Assembly (NCBI GenBank): GCA_964016885.1
Contig: OZ024742.1
Coordinates: 289,602,001-289,666,000, forward strand
DNA length: 64,000 nt
DNA from: Eledone cirrhosa
Lineage: Eukaryota
Direction: 5' to 3'
The notes beneath the pieces were generated by a model that saw only the letters and a program-made list of their open reading frames with translations, was not told the origin of the DNA and ran no database searches. Positions within the stretch are counted from its first letter, which is position 1. Each line of letters begins with the position of its first letter. This document shows positions 9,225 to 21,200 of the stretch, in pieces. The translations under genes were made by a program, and so were the position numbers.

Positions 9225-12200
9225 AGAGGATGTTATGTGGTAGTGAGACAGTGGCAGTGATTGTAGAGGATGTTATGTGGTAGTGAGACAGTGGCAGTGA
9301 TTGTAGAGCATGTTATGTGGCAGTGAGACAGTGGCAGTGATTGTAGAGGATGTTATGTGGTAGTGAGACAGTGGCAGTGATTGTAGAGGATGTTATGTGG
9401 TAGTGAGACAGTGGCAGTGATTTTAGAGGATGTTATGTGGTAGTGAGACAGTGGCAGTGATTGTAGAGGATGTTATGTGGTAGTGAGACAGTGGCAGTGA
9501 TTGTAGGGGATGTTATGTGGTAGTGAGACAGTGGCAGTGATAGTAGAGGATGTTATGTGGTAGTGAGACAGTGGCAGTGATTGTAGAGGATGTTATGTGG
9601 TAGTGAGAAAGTGGCAGTGATTGTAGAGCATGTTATGTGGTAGTGAGACAGTGGCAGTGATTGTAGAGGATGTTATGTGGCAGTGAGACAGTGGCAGTGA
9701 TTGTAGAGGATGTTATGTGGCAGTGAGACAGTGACAGTGATTGTAGAGGATGTTATGTGGTATTGAGACAGTGGCAGTGATTGTAGAGGATGTTATGTGG
9801 CAGTGAGACAGTGGCAGTGATTGTAGAGGATGTTATGTGGTAGTGAGACAGTGGCAGTGATTGTAGAGGATGTTATGTGGCAGTGAGACAGTGGCAGTGA
9901 TTGTAGAGGATGTTATGTGGCAGTGAGACAGTGGCAGTGATTGTAGAGGATGTTATGTGGTAGTGAGACAGTGGCAGTGATTGTAGAGGATGTTATGTGG
10001 TAGTGAGACAGTGGCAGTGATTGTAGAGGATGTTATGTGGCAGCGAGACAGTGGCAGTGATTGTAGAGGATGTTATGTGGCAGTGAGACAGTGGCAGTGA
10101 TTGTAGAGGATGTTATGTGGCAGTGAGACAGTGGCAGTGATTGTAGAGGATGTTATGTGGTAGTGAGACAGTGGCAGTGATTGTAGAGGATGTTATGTGG
10201 CAGTGAGACAGTGGCAGTGATAGTAGAGGATGTTATGTGGTAGTGAGACAATGGCAGTGATTGTTGAGGATGTTATGTGGTAGTGAGACAGTGGCAGTGA
10301 TTGTAGAGGATGTTATGTGGCAGTGAGACAGTGGCAGTGATTGTAGAGGATGTTATGTGGCAGTGAGACAGTGGCAGTGATTGTAGAGGATGTTATGTGG
10401 TAGTGAGACAGTGGCAGTGATTGTAGAGGATGTTATGTGGCAGTGAGACAGTGGCAGTGATTGTAGAGGATGTTATGTGGCAGTGAGACAGTGGCAGTGA
10501 TTGTAGAGGATGTTATGTGGTAGTGAGACAGTGGCAGTGATTGTAGAGGATGTTATGTGGCAGTGAGACAGTGGCAGTGAGTGTAGAGGATTTTATGTGG
10601 TAGTGAGACAGTGGCAGTGATTGTAGAGGATGTTATGTGGCAGTGAGACAATGGCAGTGATTGTAGAGCATGTTATATGGCAGTGAGACGGTGGCAGTGA
10701 TTGTAGAGGATGTTATGTGGTAGTGAGACAGTGGCAGTGATTGTAGAGGATGTTATGTGGTAGTGAGACAGTGGCAGTGATTGTAGAGCATGTTATGTGG
10801 CAGTGAGACAGTGGCAGTGATTGTAGAGGATGTTATGTGGTAGTGAGACAGTGGCAGTGATTGTAGAGGATGTTATGTGGTAGTGAGACAGTGGCAGTGA
10901 TTGTAGAGGATGTTATGTGGTAGTGAGACAGTGGCAGTGATTGTAGAGGATATTATGTGGCAGTGAGACAGTGGCAGTGATTGTAGAGGATGTTATGTGG
11001 TAGTGAGTCAGTGGCAGTGATTGTAGAGGATGTTATGTGGCAGTGAGACAGTGGCAGTGATTGTAGAGGATTTTATGTGGTAGTGAGACATTGGCAGTGA
11101 TTGTAGAGGATGTTATGTGGCAGTGAGACAGTGGCAGTGATTGTAGAGCATGTTATGTGGCAGTGAGACGGTGGCAGTGATTGTAGAGGATGTTATGTGG
11201 TAGTGAGACAGTGGCAGTGATTGTAGAGGATGTTATGTGGTAGTGAGACAGTGGCAGTGATTGTAGAGCATGTTATGTGGCAGTGAGACAGTGGCAGTGA
11301 TTGTAGAGGATGTTATGTGGTAGTGAGACAGTGGCAGTGATTGTAGAGGATGTTATGTGGTAGTGAGACAGTGGCAGTGATTTTAGAGGATGTTATGTGG
11401 TAGTGAGACAGTGGCAGTGATTGTAGAGGATGTTATGTGGCAGTGAGACAGTGGCAGTGATTGTAGAGGATGTTATGTGGTAGTGAGACAGTGGCAGTGA
11501 TTGTAGAGGATGTTATGTGGCAGTGAGACAGTGGCAGTGATTGTAGAGGATGTTATGTGGTAGTGAGACAGTGGCAGTGATTGTAGAGGATGTTATGTGG
11601 CAGTGAGACAGTGGCAGTGAGTGTAGAGGATTTTATGTGGTAGTGAGACAGTGGCAGTGATTGTAGAGGATGTTATGTGGCAGTGAGACAATGGCAGTGA
11701 TTGTAGAGCATGTTATATGGCAGTGAGACGGTGGCAGTGATTGTAGAGGATGTTATGTGGTAGTGAGACAGTGGCAGTGATTGTAGAGGATGTTATGTGG
11801 TAGTGAGACAGTGGCAGTGATTGTAGAGCATGTTATGTGGCAGTGAGACAGTGGCAGTGATTGTAGAGGATGTTATGTGGTAGTGAGACAGTGGCAGTGA
11901 TTGTAGAGGATGTTATGTGGTAGTGAGACAGTGGCAGTGATTGTAGAGGATGTTATGTGGTAGTGAGACAGTGGCAGTGATTGTAGAGGATATTATGTGG
12001 CAGTGAGACAGTGGCAGTGATTGTAGAGGATGTTATGTGGTAGTGAGTCAGTGGCAGTGATTGTAGAGGATGTTATGTGGCAGTGAGACAGTGGCAGTGA
12101 TTGTAGAGGATTTTATGTGGTAGTGAGACATTGGCAGTGATTGTAGAGGATGTTATGTGGCAGTGAGACAGTGGCAGTGATTGTAGAGCATGTTATGTGG

Positions 12201-15200
12201 CAGTGAGACGGTGGCAGTGATTGTAGAGGATGTTATGTGGTAGTGAGACAGTGGCAGTGATTGTAGAGGATGTTATGTGGTAGTGAGACAGTGGCAGTGA
12301 TTGTAGAGCATGTTATGTGGCAGTGAGACAGTGGCAGTGATTGTAGAGGATGTTATGTGGTAGTGAGACAGTGGCAGTGATTGTAGAGGATGTTATGTGG
12401 TAGTGAGACAGTGGCAGTGATTTTAGAGGATGTTATGTGGTAGTGAGACAGTGGCAGTGATTGTAGAGGATGTTATGTGGTAGTGAGACAGTGGCAGTGA
12501 TTGTAGGGGATGTTATGTGGTAGTGAGACAGTGGCAGTGATAGTAGAGGATGTTATGTGGTAGTGAGACAGTGGCAGTGATTGTAGAGGATGTTATGTGG
12601 TAGTGAGAAAGTGGCAGTGATTGTAGAGCATGTTATGTGGTAGTGAGACAGTGGCAGTGATTGTAGAGGATGTTATGTGGCAGTGAGACAGTGGCAGTGA
12701 TTGTAGAGGATGTTATGTGGCAGTGAGACAGTGACAGTGATTGTAGAGGATGTTATGTGGTATTGAGACAGTGGCAGTGATTGTAGAGGATGTTATGTGG
12801 CAGTGAGACAGTGGCAGTGATTGTAGAGGATGTTATGTGGTAGTGAGACAGTGGCAGTGATTGTAGAGGATGTTATGTGGCAGTGAGACAGTGGCAGTGA
12901 TTGTAGAGGATGTTATGTGGCAGTGAGACAGTGGCAGTGATTGTAGAGGATGTTATGTGGTAGTGAGACAGTGGCAGTGATTGTAGAGGATGTTATGTGG
13001 CAGCGAGACAGTGGCAGTGATTGTAGAGGATGTTATGTGGCAGTGAGACAGTGGCAGTGATTGTAGAGGATGTTATGTGGCAGTGAGACAGTGGCAGTGA
13101 TTGTAGAGGATGTTATGTGGTAGTGAGACAGTGGCAGTGATTGTAGAGGATGTTATGTGGCAGTGAGACAGTGGCAGTGATAGTAGAGGATGTTATGTGG
13201 TAGTGAGACAATGGCAGTGATTGTTGAGGATGTTATGTGGTAGTGAGACAGTGGCAGTGATTGTAGAGGATGTTATGTGGCAGTGAGACAGTGGCAGTGA
13301 TTGTAGAGGATGTTATGTGGCAGTGAGACAGTGGCAGTGATTGTAGAGGATGTTATGTGGTAGTGAGACAGTGGCAGTGATTGTAGAGGATGTTATGTGG
13401 CAGTGAGACAGTGGCAGTGATTGTAGAGGATGTTATGTGGCAGTGAGACAGTGGCAGTGATTGTAGAGGATGTTATGTGGTAGTGAGACAGTGGCAGTGA
13501 TTGTAGAGGATGTTATGTGGCAGTGAGACAGTGGCAGTGAGTGTAGAGGATTTTATGTGGTAGTGAGACAGTGGCAGTGATTGTAGAGGATGTTATGTGG
13601 CAGTGAGACAATGGCAGTGATTGTAGAGCATGTTATATGGCAGTGAGACGGTGGCAGTGATTGTAGAGGATGTTATGTGGTAGTGAGACAGTGGCAGTGA
13701 TTGTAGAGGATGTTATGTGGTAGTGAGACAGTGGCAGTGATTGTAGAGCATGTTATGTGGCAGTGAGACAGTGGCAGTGATTGTAGAGGATGTTATGTGG
13801 TAGTGAGACAGTGGCAGTGATTGTAGAGGATGTTATGTGGTAGTGAGACAGTGGCAGTGATTGTAGAGGATGTTATGTGGTAGTGAGACAGTGGCAGTGA
13901 TTGTAGAGGATGTTATGTGGTAGTGAGACAGTGGCAGTGATTGTAGGGGATGTTATGTGGTAGTGAGACAGTGGCAGTGATAGTAGAGGATGTTATGTGG
14001 TAGTGAGACAGTGGCAGTGATTGTAGAGGATGTTATGTTGCAGTGAGACAGTGGGAGTGATTGTAGAGGATGTTACGTGGCAGTGAGACAGTGGGAGTGA
14101 TTGTAGAGGATGTTATGTGGGAGTGAGACAGTGGCAGTGATTGTAGAGGATGTTATGTGGCAGTGAGACAGTGGCAGTTATTGTAGAGGATGTTATGTGG
14201 TAGTGAGACAGTGGCAGTGATTGTAGAGGATGTTATGTGGTAGTGAGACAGTGGCAGTGATTGTAGAGGATGTTATGTGGTAGTGAGAAAGTGGCAGTGA
14301 TTGTAGAGCATGTTATGTGGTAGTGAGACAGTGGCAGTGATTGTAGAGGATGTTATGTGGCAGTGAGACAGTGGCAGTGATTGTAGAGGATGTTATGTGG
14401 CAGTGAGACAGTGGCAGTGATTGTAGAGGATGTTATGTGGCAGTGAGACAGTGGCAGTGATTGTAGAGGATGTTATGTGGTAGTGAGACAGTGGCAGTGA
14501 TTGTAGAGGATGTTATGTGGTAGTGACACAGTGGCAGTGATTGTAGAGGATGTTATGTGGTAGTGAGACAGTGGCACTGATTGTAGAGGATGTTATGTGG
14601 TAGTGAGACAGTGGCAGTGATTGTAGAGGATGTTATGTGATAGTGAGACAGTGGCAGTGATAATAGAGGATGTTATGTGGTAGTGAGACAGTGGCAGTGA
14701 TTGTAGAGGATGTTATGTGGTAGTGAGACAGTGGCAGTGATTGTAGAGGATGTTATGTGGCAGTGAGACAGTGGCAGTGATTGTAGAGGATGTTATGTGG
14801 CAGTGAGACAGTGGCAGTGATTGTAGAGGATGTTATGTGGCAGTGAGACAGTGGCAGTGATTGTAGAGGATGTTATGTGGCAGTGAGACAGTGGCATTGA
14901 TTGTAGAGGATGTTATGTGGTAGTGAGACAGTGGCAGTGATTGTAGAGGATGTTATGTGGTAGTGAGACAGTGGCAGTGATTGTAGAGGATGTTATGTGG
15001 TAGTGAGACAGTGGCAGTGATTGTAGAGGATGTTATGTGGCAGTGAGACAGTGGCAGTGATTGTAGAGGATGTTATGTGGTAGTGAGACAGTGGCAGTGA
15101 TTGTAGAGGATGTTATGTGGCAGTGAGACAGTGGCAGTAAATGTAGGGGATGTTATGTGGCAGTGAGACAGTGGCAGTGATTGTAGAGGATGTTATGTGG

Positions 15201-18200
15201 CAGTGAGACAGTGACAGTGATTGTAGAGGATGTTATGTGGTAGTGAGACAGTGGCAGTGATTGTAGAGGATGTTATGTGGCAGTGAGACAGTGACAGTGA
15301 TTGTAGAGGATGTTATGTGGTAGTGAGACAGTGGCAGTAATTGTAGATGATGTTATGTGGTTGTGAGACAGTGGCAGTGATTGTAGAGGATGTTATGTGG
15401 CAGTGAGACAGTGGCAGTGATTGTAGAGGATGTTATGTGGTAGTGAGACAGTGGCAGTGATTGTAGAGGATGTTATGTGGCAGTGAGACAGTGGCAGTGA
15501 TTGTAGAGGATGTTATGTGGTAGTGAGATAGTGGCAGTGATTGTAGAGGATGTTATGTGGCAGTGAGACAGTGGCAGTAAATGTAGAGGATGTTATGTGG
15601 TAGTGAGACAGTGGCAGTGATTGTAGAGGATGTTATGTGGCAGTGAGACAGTGACAGTGATTGTAGAGGATGTTATGTGGTAGTAAGACAGTGGCAGTGA
15701 TTGTAGAGGATGTTATGTGGCAGTGAGACAGTGGCAGTGATTGTAGAGGATGTTATGTGGTAGTGAGACAGTGGCAGTGATTGTAAAGGATGTTATGTGG
15801 TAGTGAGACAGTGGCAGTGATTGTAGAGGATGTTATGTGGCAGTGAGACAGTGGCAGTGATTGTAGAGGATGTTATGTGGTAGTGAGACAGTGGCAGTGA
15901 TTGTAGAGGATGTTATGTGGCAGTGAGACAGTGGCAGTGATTGTAGAGGATGTTATGTGGCAGTGAGACAGTGGCAGTGATTGTAGAGGATGTTATGTGG
16001 TAGTGAGACAGTGGCAGTGATTGTAGAGGATGTTATGTGGTAGTGAGACAGTGGCAGTGATTGTAGAGGATGTTATGTGGTAGTGAGACAGTGGCAGTGA
16101 TTGTAGAGGATGTTATGTGATAGTGAGACAGTGGCAGTGATAATAGAGGATGTTATGTGGTAGTGAGACAGTGGCAGTGATTGTAGAGGATGTTATGTCG
16201 TAGTGAGACAGTGGCAGTGATTGTAGAGGATGTTATGTGGCAGTGAGACAGTGGCAGTGATTGTAGAGGATGTTATGTGGCAGTGAGACAGTGGCAGTGA
16301 TTGTAGAGGATGTTATGTGGCAGTGAGACAGTGGCAGTGATTGTAGAGGATGTTATGTGGCAGTGAGACAGTGGCAGTGATTGTAGAGGATGTTATGTGG
16401 TAGTGAGACAGTGGCAGTGATTGTAGAGGATGTTATGTGGTAGTGAGACAGTGGCAGTGATTGTAGAGGATGTTATGTGGTAGTGAGACAGTGGCAGTGA
16501 TTGTAGAGGATGTTATGTGGCAGTGAGACAGTGGCAGTGATTGTAGAGGATGTTATGTGGTAGTGAGACAGTGGCAGTGATTGTAGAGGATGTTATGTGG
16601 CAGTGAGACAGTGGCAGTAAATGTAGAGGATGTTATGTGGCAGTGAGACAGTGGCAGTGATTGTAGAGGATGTTATGTGGCAGTGAGACAGTGACAGTGA
16701 TTGTAGAGGATGTTATGTGGTAGTGAGACAGTGGCAGTGATTGTAGAGGATGTTATGTGGCAGTGAGACAGTGACAGTGATTGTAGAGGATGTTATGTGG
16801 TAGTGAGACAGTGGCAGTAATTGTAGAGGATGTTATGTGGTAGTGAGACAGTGGCAGTGATTGTAGAGGATGTTATGTGGCAGTGAGACAGTGGCAGTGA
16901 TTGTAGAGGATGTTATGTGGTAGTGAGACAGTGGCAGTGATTGTAGAGGATGTTATGTGGCAGTGAGACAGTGGCAGTGATTGTAGAGGATGTTATGTGG
17001 TAGTGAGATAGTGGCAGTGATTGTAGAGGATGTTATGTGGCAGTGAGACAGTGGCAGTAAATGTAGAGGATGTTATGTGGTAGTGAGACAGTGGCAGTGA
17101 TTGTAGAGGATGTTATGTGGCAGTGAGACAGTGACAGTGATTGTAGAGGATGTTATGTGGTAGTGAGACAGTGGCAGTGATTGTAGAGGATGTTATGTGG
17201 CAGTGAGACAGTGGCAGTGATTGTAGAGGATGTTATGTGGTAGTGAGACAGTGGCAGTGATTGTAGAGGATGTTATGTGGCAGTGAGACAGTGGCAGTGA
17301 TTGTAGAGGATGTTATGTGGCAGTGAGACAGTGGCAGTGATTGTAGAGGATGTTATGTGGTAGTGTGACAGTGGCAGTGATTGTAGAGGATGTTATGTGG
17401 TAGTGAGACAGTGGCAGTGATTGTAGAGGATGTTATGTGGCAGCGAGACAGTGGCAGTGATTGTAGAGGATGTTATGTGGCAGTGAGACAGTGGCAGTGA
17501 TTGTAGAGGATGTTATGTGGCAGTGAGACAGTGGCAGTGATTGTAGAGGATGTTATGTGGTAGTGAGACAGTGGCAGTGATTGTAGAGGATGTTATGTGG
17601 CAGTGAGACAGTGGCAGTGATAGTAGAGGATGTTATGTGGTAGTGAGACAGTGGCAGTGATTGTTGAGGATGTTATGTGGTAGTGAGACAGTGGCAGTGA
17701 TTGTAGAGGATGTTATGTGGCAGTGAGACAGTGGCAGTGATTGTAGAGGATGTTATGTGGCAGTGAGACAGTGGCAGTGATTGTAGAGGATGTTATGTGG
17801 TAGTGAGACAGTGGCAGTGATTGTAGAGGATGTTATGTGGCAGTGAGACAGTGGCAGTGATTGTAGAGGATATTATGTGGCAGTGAGACAGTGGCAGTGA
17901 TTGTAGAGGATGTTATGTGGTAGTGAGTCAGTGGCAGTGATTGTAGAGGATGTTATGTGGCAGTGAGACAGTGGCAGTGATTGTAGAGGATTTTATGTGG
18001 TAGTGAGACATTGGCAGTGATTGTAGAGGATGTTATGTGGCAGTGAGACAGTGGCAGTGATTGTAGAGCATGTTATGTGGCAGTGAGACGGTGGCAGTGA
18101 TTGTAGAGGATGTTATGTGGTAGTGAGACAGTGGCAGTGATTGTAGAGGATGTTATGTGGTAGTGAGACAGTGGCAGTGATTGTAGAGCATGTTATGTGG

Positions 18201-21200
18201 CAGTGAGACAGTGGCAGTGATTGTAGAGGATGTTATGTGGTAGTGAGACAGTGGCAGTGATTGTAGAGGATGTTATGTGGTAGTGAGACAGTGGCAGTGA
18301 TTTTAGAGGATGTTATGTGGTAGTGAGACAGTGGCAGTGATTGTAGAGGATGTTATGTGGTAGTGAGACAGTGGCAGTGATTGTAGGGGATGTTATGTGG
18401 TAGTGAGACAGTGGCAGTGATAGTAGAGGATGTTATGTGGTAGTGAGACAGTGGCAGTGATTGTAGAGGATGTTATGTGGTAGTGAGAAAGTGGCAGTGA
18501 TTGTAGAGCATGTTATGTGGTAGTGAGACAGTGGCAGTGATTGTAGAGGATGTTATGTGGCAGTGAGACAGTGGCAGTGATTGTAGAGGATGTTATGTGG
18601 CAGTGAGACAGTGGCAGTGATTGTAGAGGATGTTATGTGGCAGTGAGACAGTGGCAGTGATTGTAGAGGATGTTATGTGGTAGTGAGACAGTGGCAGTGA
18701 TTGTAGAGGATGTTATGTGGTAGTGACACAGTGGCAGTGATTGTAGAGGATGTTATGTGGTAGTGAGACAGTGGCACTGATTGTAGAGGATGTTATGTGG
18801 TAGTGAGACAGTGGCAGTGATTGTAGAGGATGTTATGTGATAGTGAGACAGTGGCAGTGATAATAGAGGATGTTATGTGGTAGTGAGACAGTGGCAGTGA
18901 TTGTAGAGGATGTTATGTGGTAGTGAGACAGTGGCAGTGATTGTAGAGGATGTTATGTGGCAGTGAGACAGTGGCAGTGATTGTAGAGGATGTTATGTGG
19001 CAGTGAGACAGTGGCAGTGATTGTAGAGGATGTTATGTGGCAGTGAGACAGTGGCAGTGATTGTAGAGGATGTTATGTGGCAGTGAGACAGTGGCATTGA
19101 TTGTAGAGGATGTTATGTGGTAGTGAGACAGTGGCAGTGATTGTAGAGGATGTTATGTGGTAGTGAGACAGTGGCAGTGATTGTAGAGGATGTTATGTGG
19201 TAGTGAGACAGTGGCAGTGATTGTAGAGGATGTTATGTGGCAGTGAGACAGTGGCAGTGATTGTAGAGGATGTTATGTGGTAGTGAGACAGTGGCAGTGA
19301 TTGTAGAGGATGTTATGTGGCAGTGAGACAGTGGCAGTAAATGTAGGGGATGTTATGTGGCAGTGAGACAGTGGCAGTGATTGTAGAGGATGTTATGTGG
19401 CAGTGAGACAGTGACAGTGATTGTAGAGGATGTTATGTGGTAGTGAGACAGTGGCAGTGATTGTAGAGGATGTTATGTGGCAGTGAGACAGTGACAGTGA
19501 TTGTAGAGGATGTTATGTGGTAGTGAGACAGTGGCAGTAATTGTAGATGATGTTATGTGGTTGTGAGACAGTGGCAGTGATTGTAGAGGATGTTATGTGG
19601 CAGTGAGACAGTGGCAGTGATTGTAGAGGATGTTATGTGGTAGTGAGACAGTGGCAGTGATTGTAGAGGATGTTATGTGGCAGTGAGACAGTGGCAGTGA
19701 TTGTAGAGGATGTTATGTGGTAGTGAGATAGTGGCAGTGATTGTAGAGGATGTTATGTGGCAGTGAGACAGTGGCAGTAAATGTAGAGGATGTTATGTGG
19801 TAGTGAGACAGTGGCAGTGATTGTAGAGGATGTTATGTGGCAGTGAGACAGTGACAGTGATTGTAGAGGATGTTATGTGGTAGTAAGACAGTGGCAGTGA
19901 TTGTAGAGGATGTTATGTGGCAGTGAGACAGTGGCAGTGATTGTAGAGGATGTTATGTGGTAGTGAGACAGTGGCAGTGATTGTAAAGGATGTTATGTGG
20001 TAGTGAGACAGTGGCAGTGATTGTAGAGGATGTTATGTGGCAGTGAGACAGTGGCAGTGATTGTAGAGGATGTTATGTGGTAGTGAGACAGTGGCAGTGA
20101 TTGTAGAGGATGTTATGTGGCAGTGAGACAGTGGCAGTGATTGTAGAGGATGTTATGTGGCAGTGAGACAGTGGCAGTGATTGTAGAGGATGTTATGTGG
20201 TAGTGAGACAGTGGCAGTGATTGTAGAGGATGTTATGTGGTAGTGAGACAGTGGCAGTGATTGTAGAGGATGTTATGTGGTAGTGAGACAGTGGCAGTGA
20301 TTGTAGAGGATGTTATGTGATAGTGAGACAGTGGCAGTGATAATAGAGGATGTTATGTGGTAGTGAGACAGTGGCAGTGATTGTAGAGGATGTTATGTCG
20401 TAGTGAGACAGTGGCAGTGATTGTAGAGGATGTTATGTGGCAGTGAGACAGTGGCAGTGATTGTAGAGGATGTTATGTGGCAGTGAGACAGTGGCAGTGA
20501 TTGTAGAGGATGTTATGTGGCAGTGAGACAGTGGCAGTGATTGTAGAGGATGTTATGTGGCAGTGAGACAGTGGCAGTGATTGTAGAGGATGTTATGTGG
20601 TAGTGAGACAGTGGCAGTGATTGTAGAGGATGTTATGTGGTAGTGAGACAGTGGCAGTGATTGTAGAGGATGTTATGTGGTAGTGAGACAGTGGCAGTGA
20701 TTGTAGAGGATGTTATGTGGCAGTGAGACAGTGGCAGTGATTGTAGAGGATGTTATGTGGTAGTGAGACAGTGGCAGTGATTGTAGAGGATGTTATGTGG
20801 CAGTGAGACAGTGGCAGTAAATGTAGAGGATGTTATGTGGCAGTGAGACAGTGGCAGTGATTGTAGAGGATGTTATGTGGCAGTGAGACAGTGACAGTGA
20901 TTGTAGAGGATGTTATGTGGTAGTGAGACAGTGGCAGTGATTGTAGAGGATGTTATGTGGCAGTGAGACAGTGACAGTGATTGTAGAGGATGTTATGTGG
21001 TAGTGAGACAGTGGCAGTAATTGTAGAGGATGTTATGTGGTAGTGAGACAGTGGCAGTGATTGTAGAGGATGTTATGTGGCAGTGAGACAGTGGCAGTGA
21101 TTGTAGAGGATGTTATGTGGTAGTGAGACAGTGGCAGTGATTGTAGAGGATGTTATGTGGCAGTGAGACAGTGGCAGTGATTGTAGAGGATGTTATGTGG

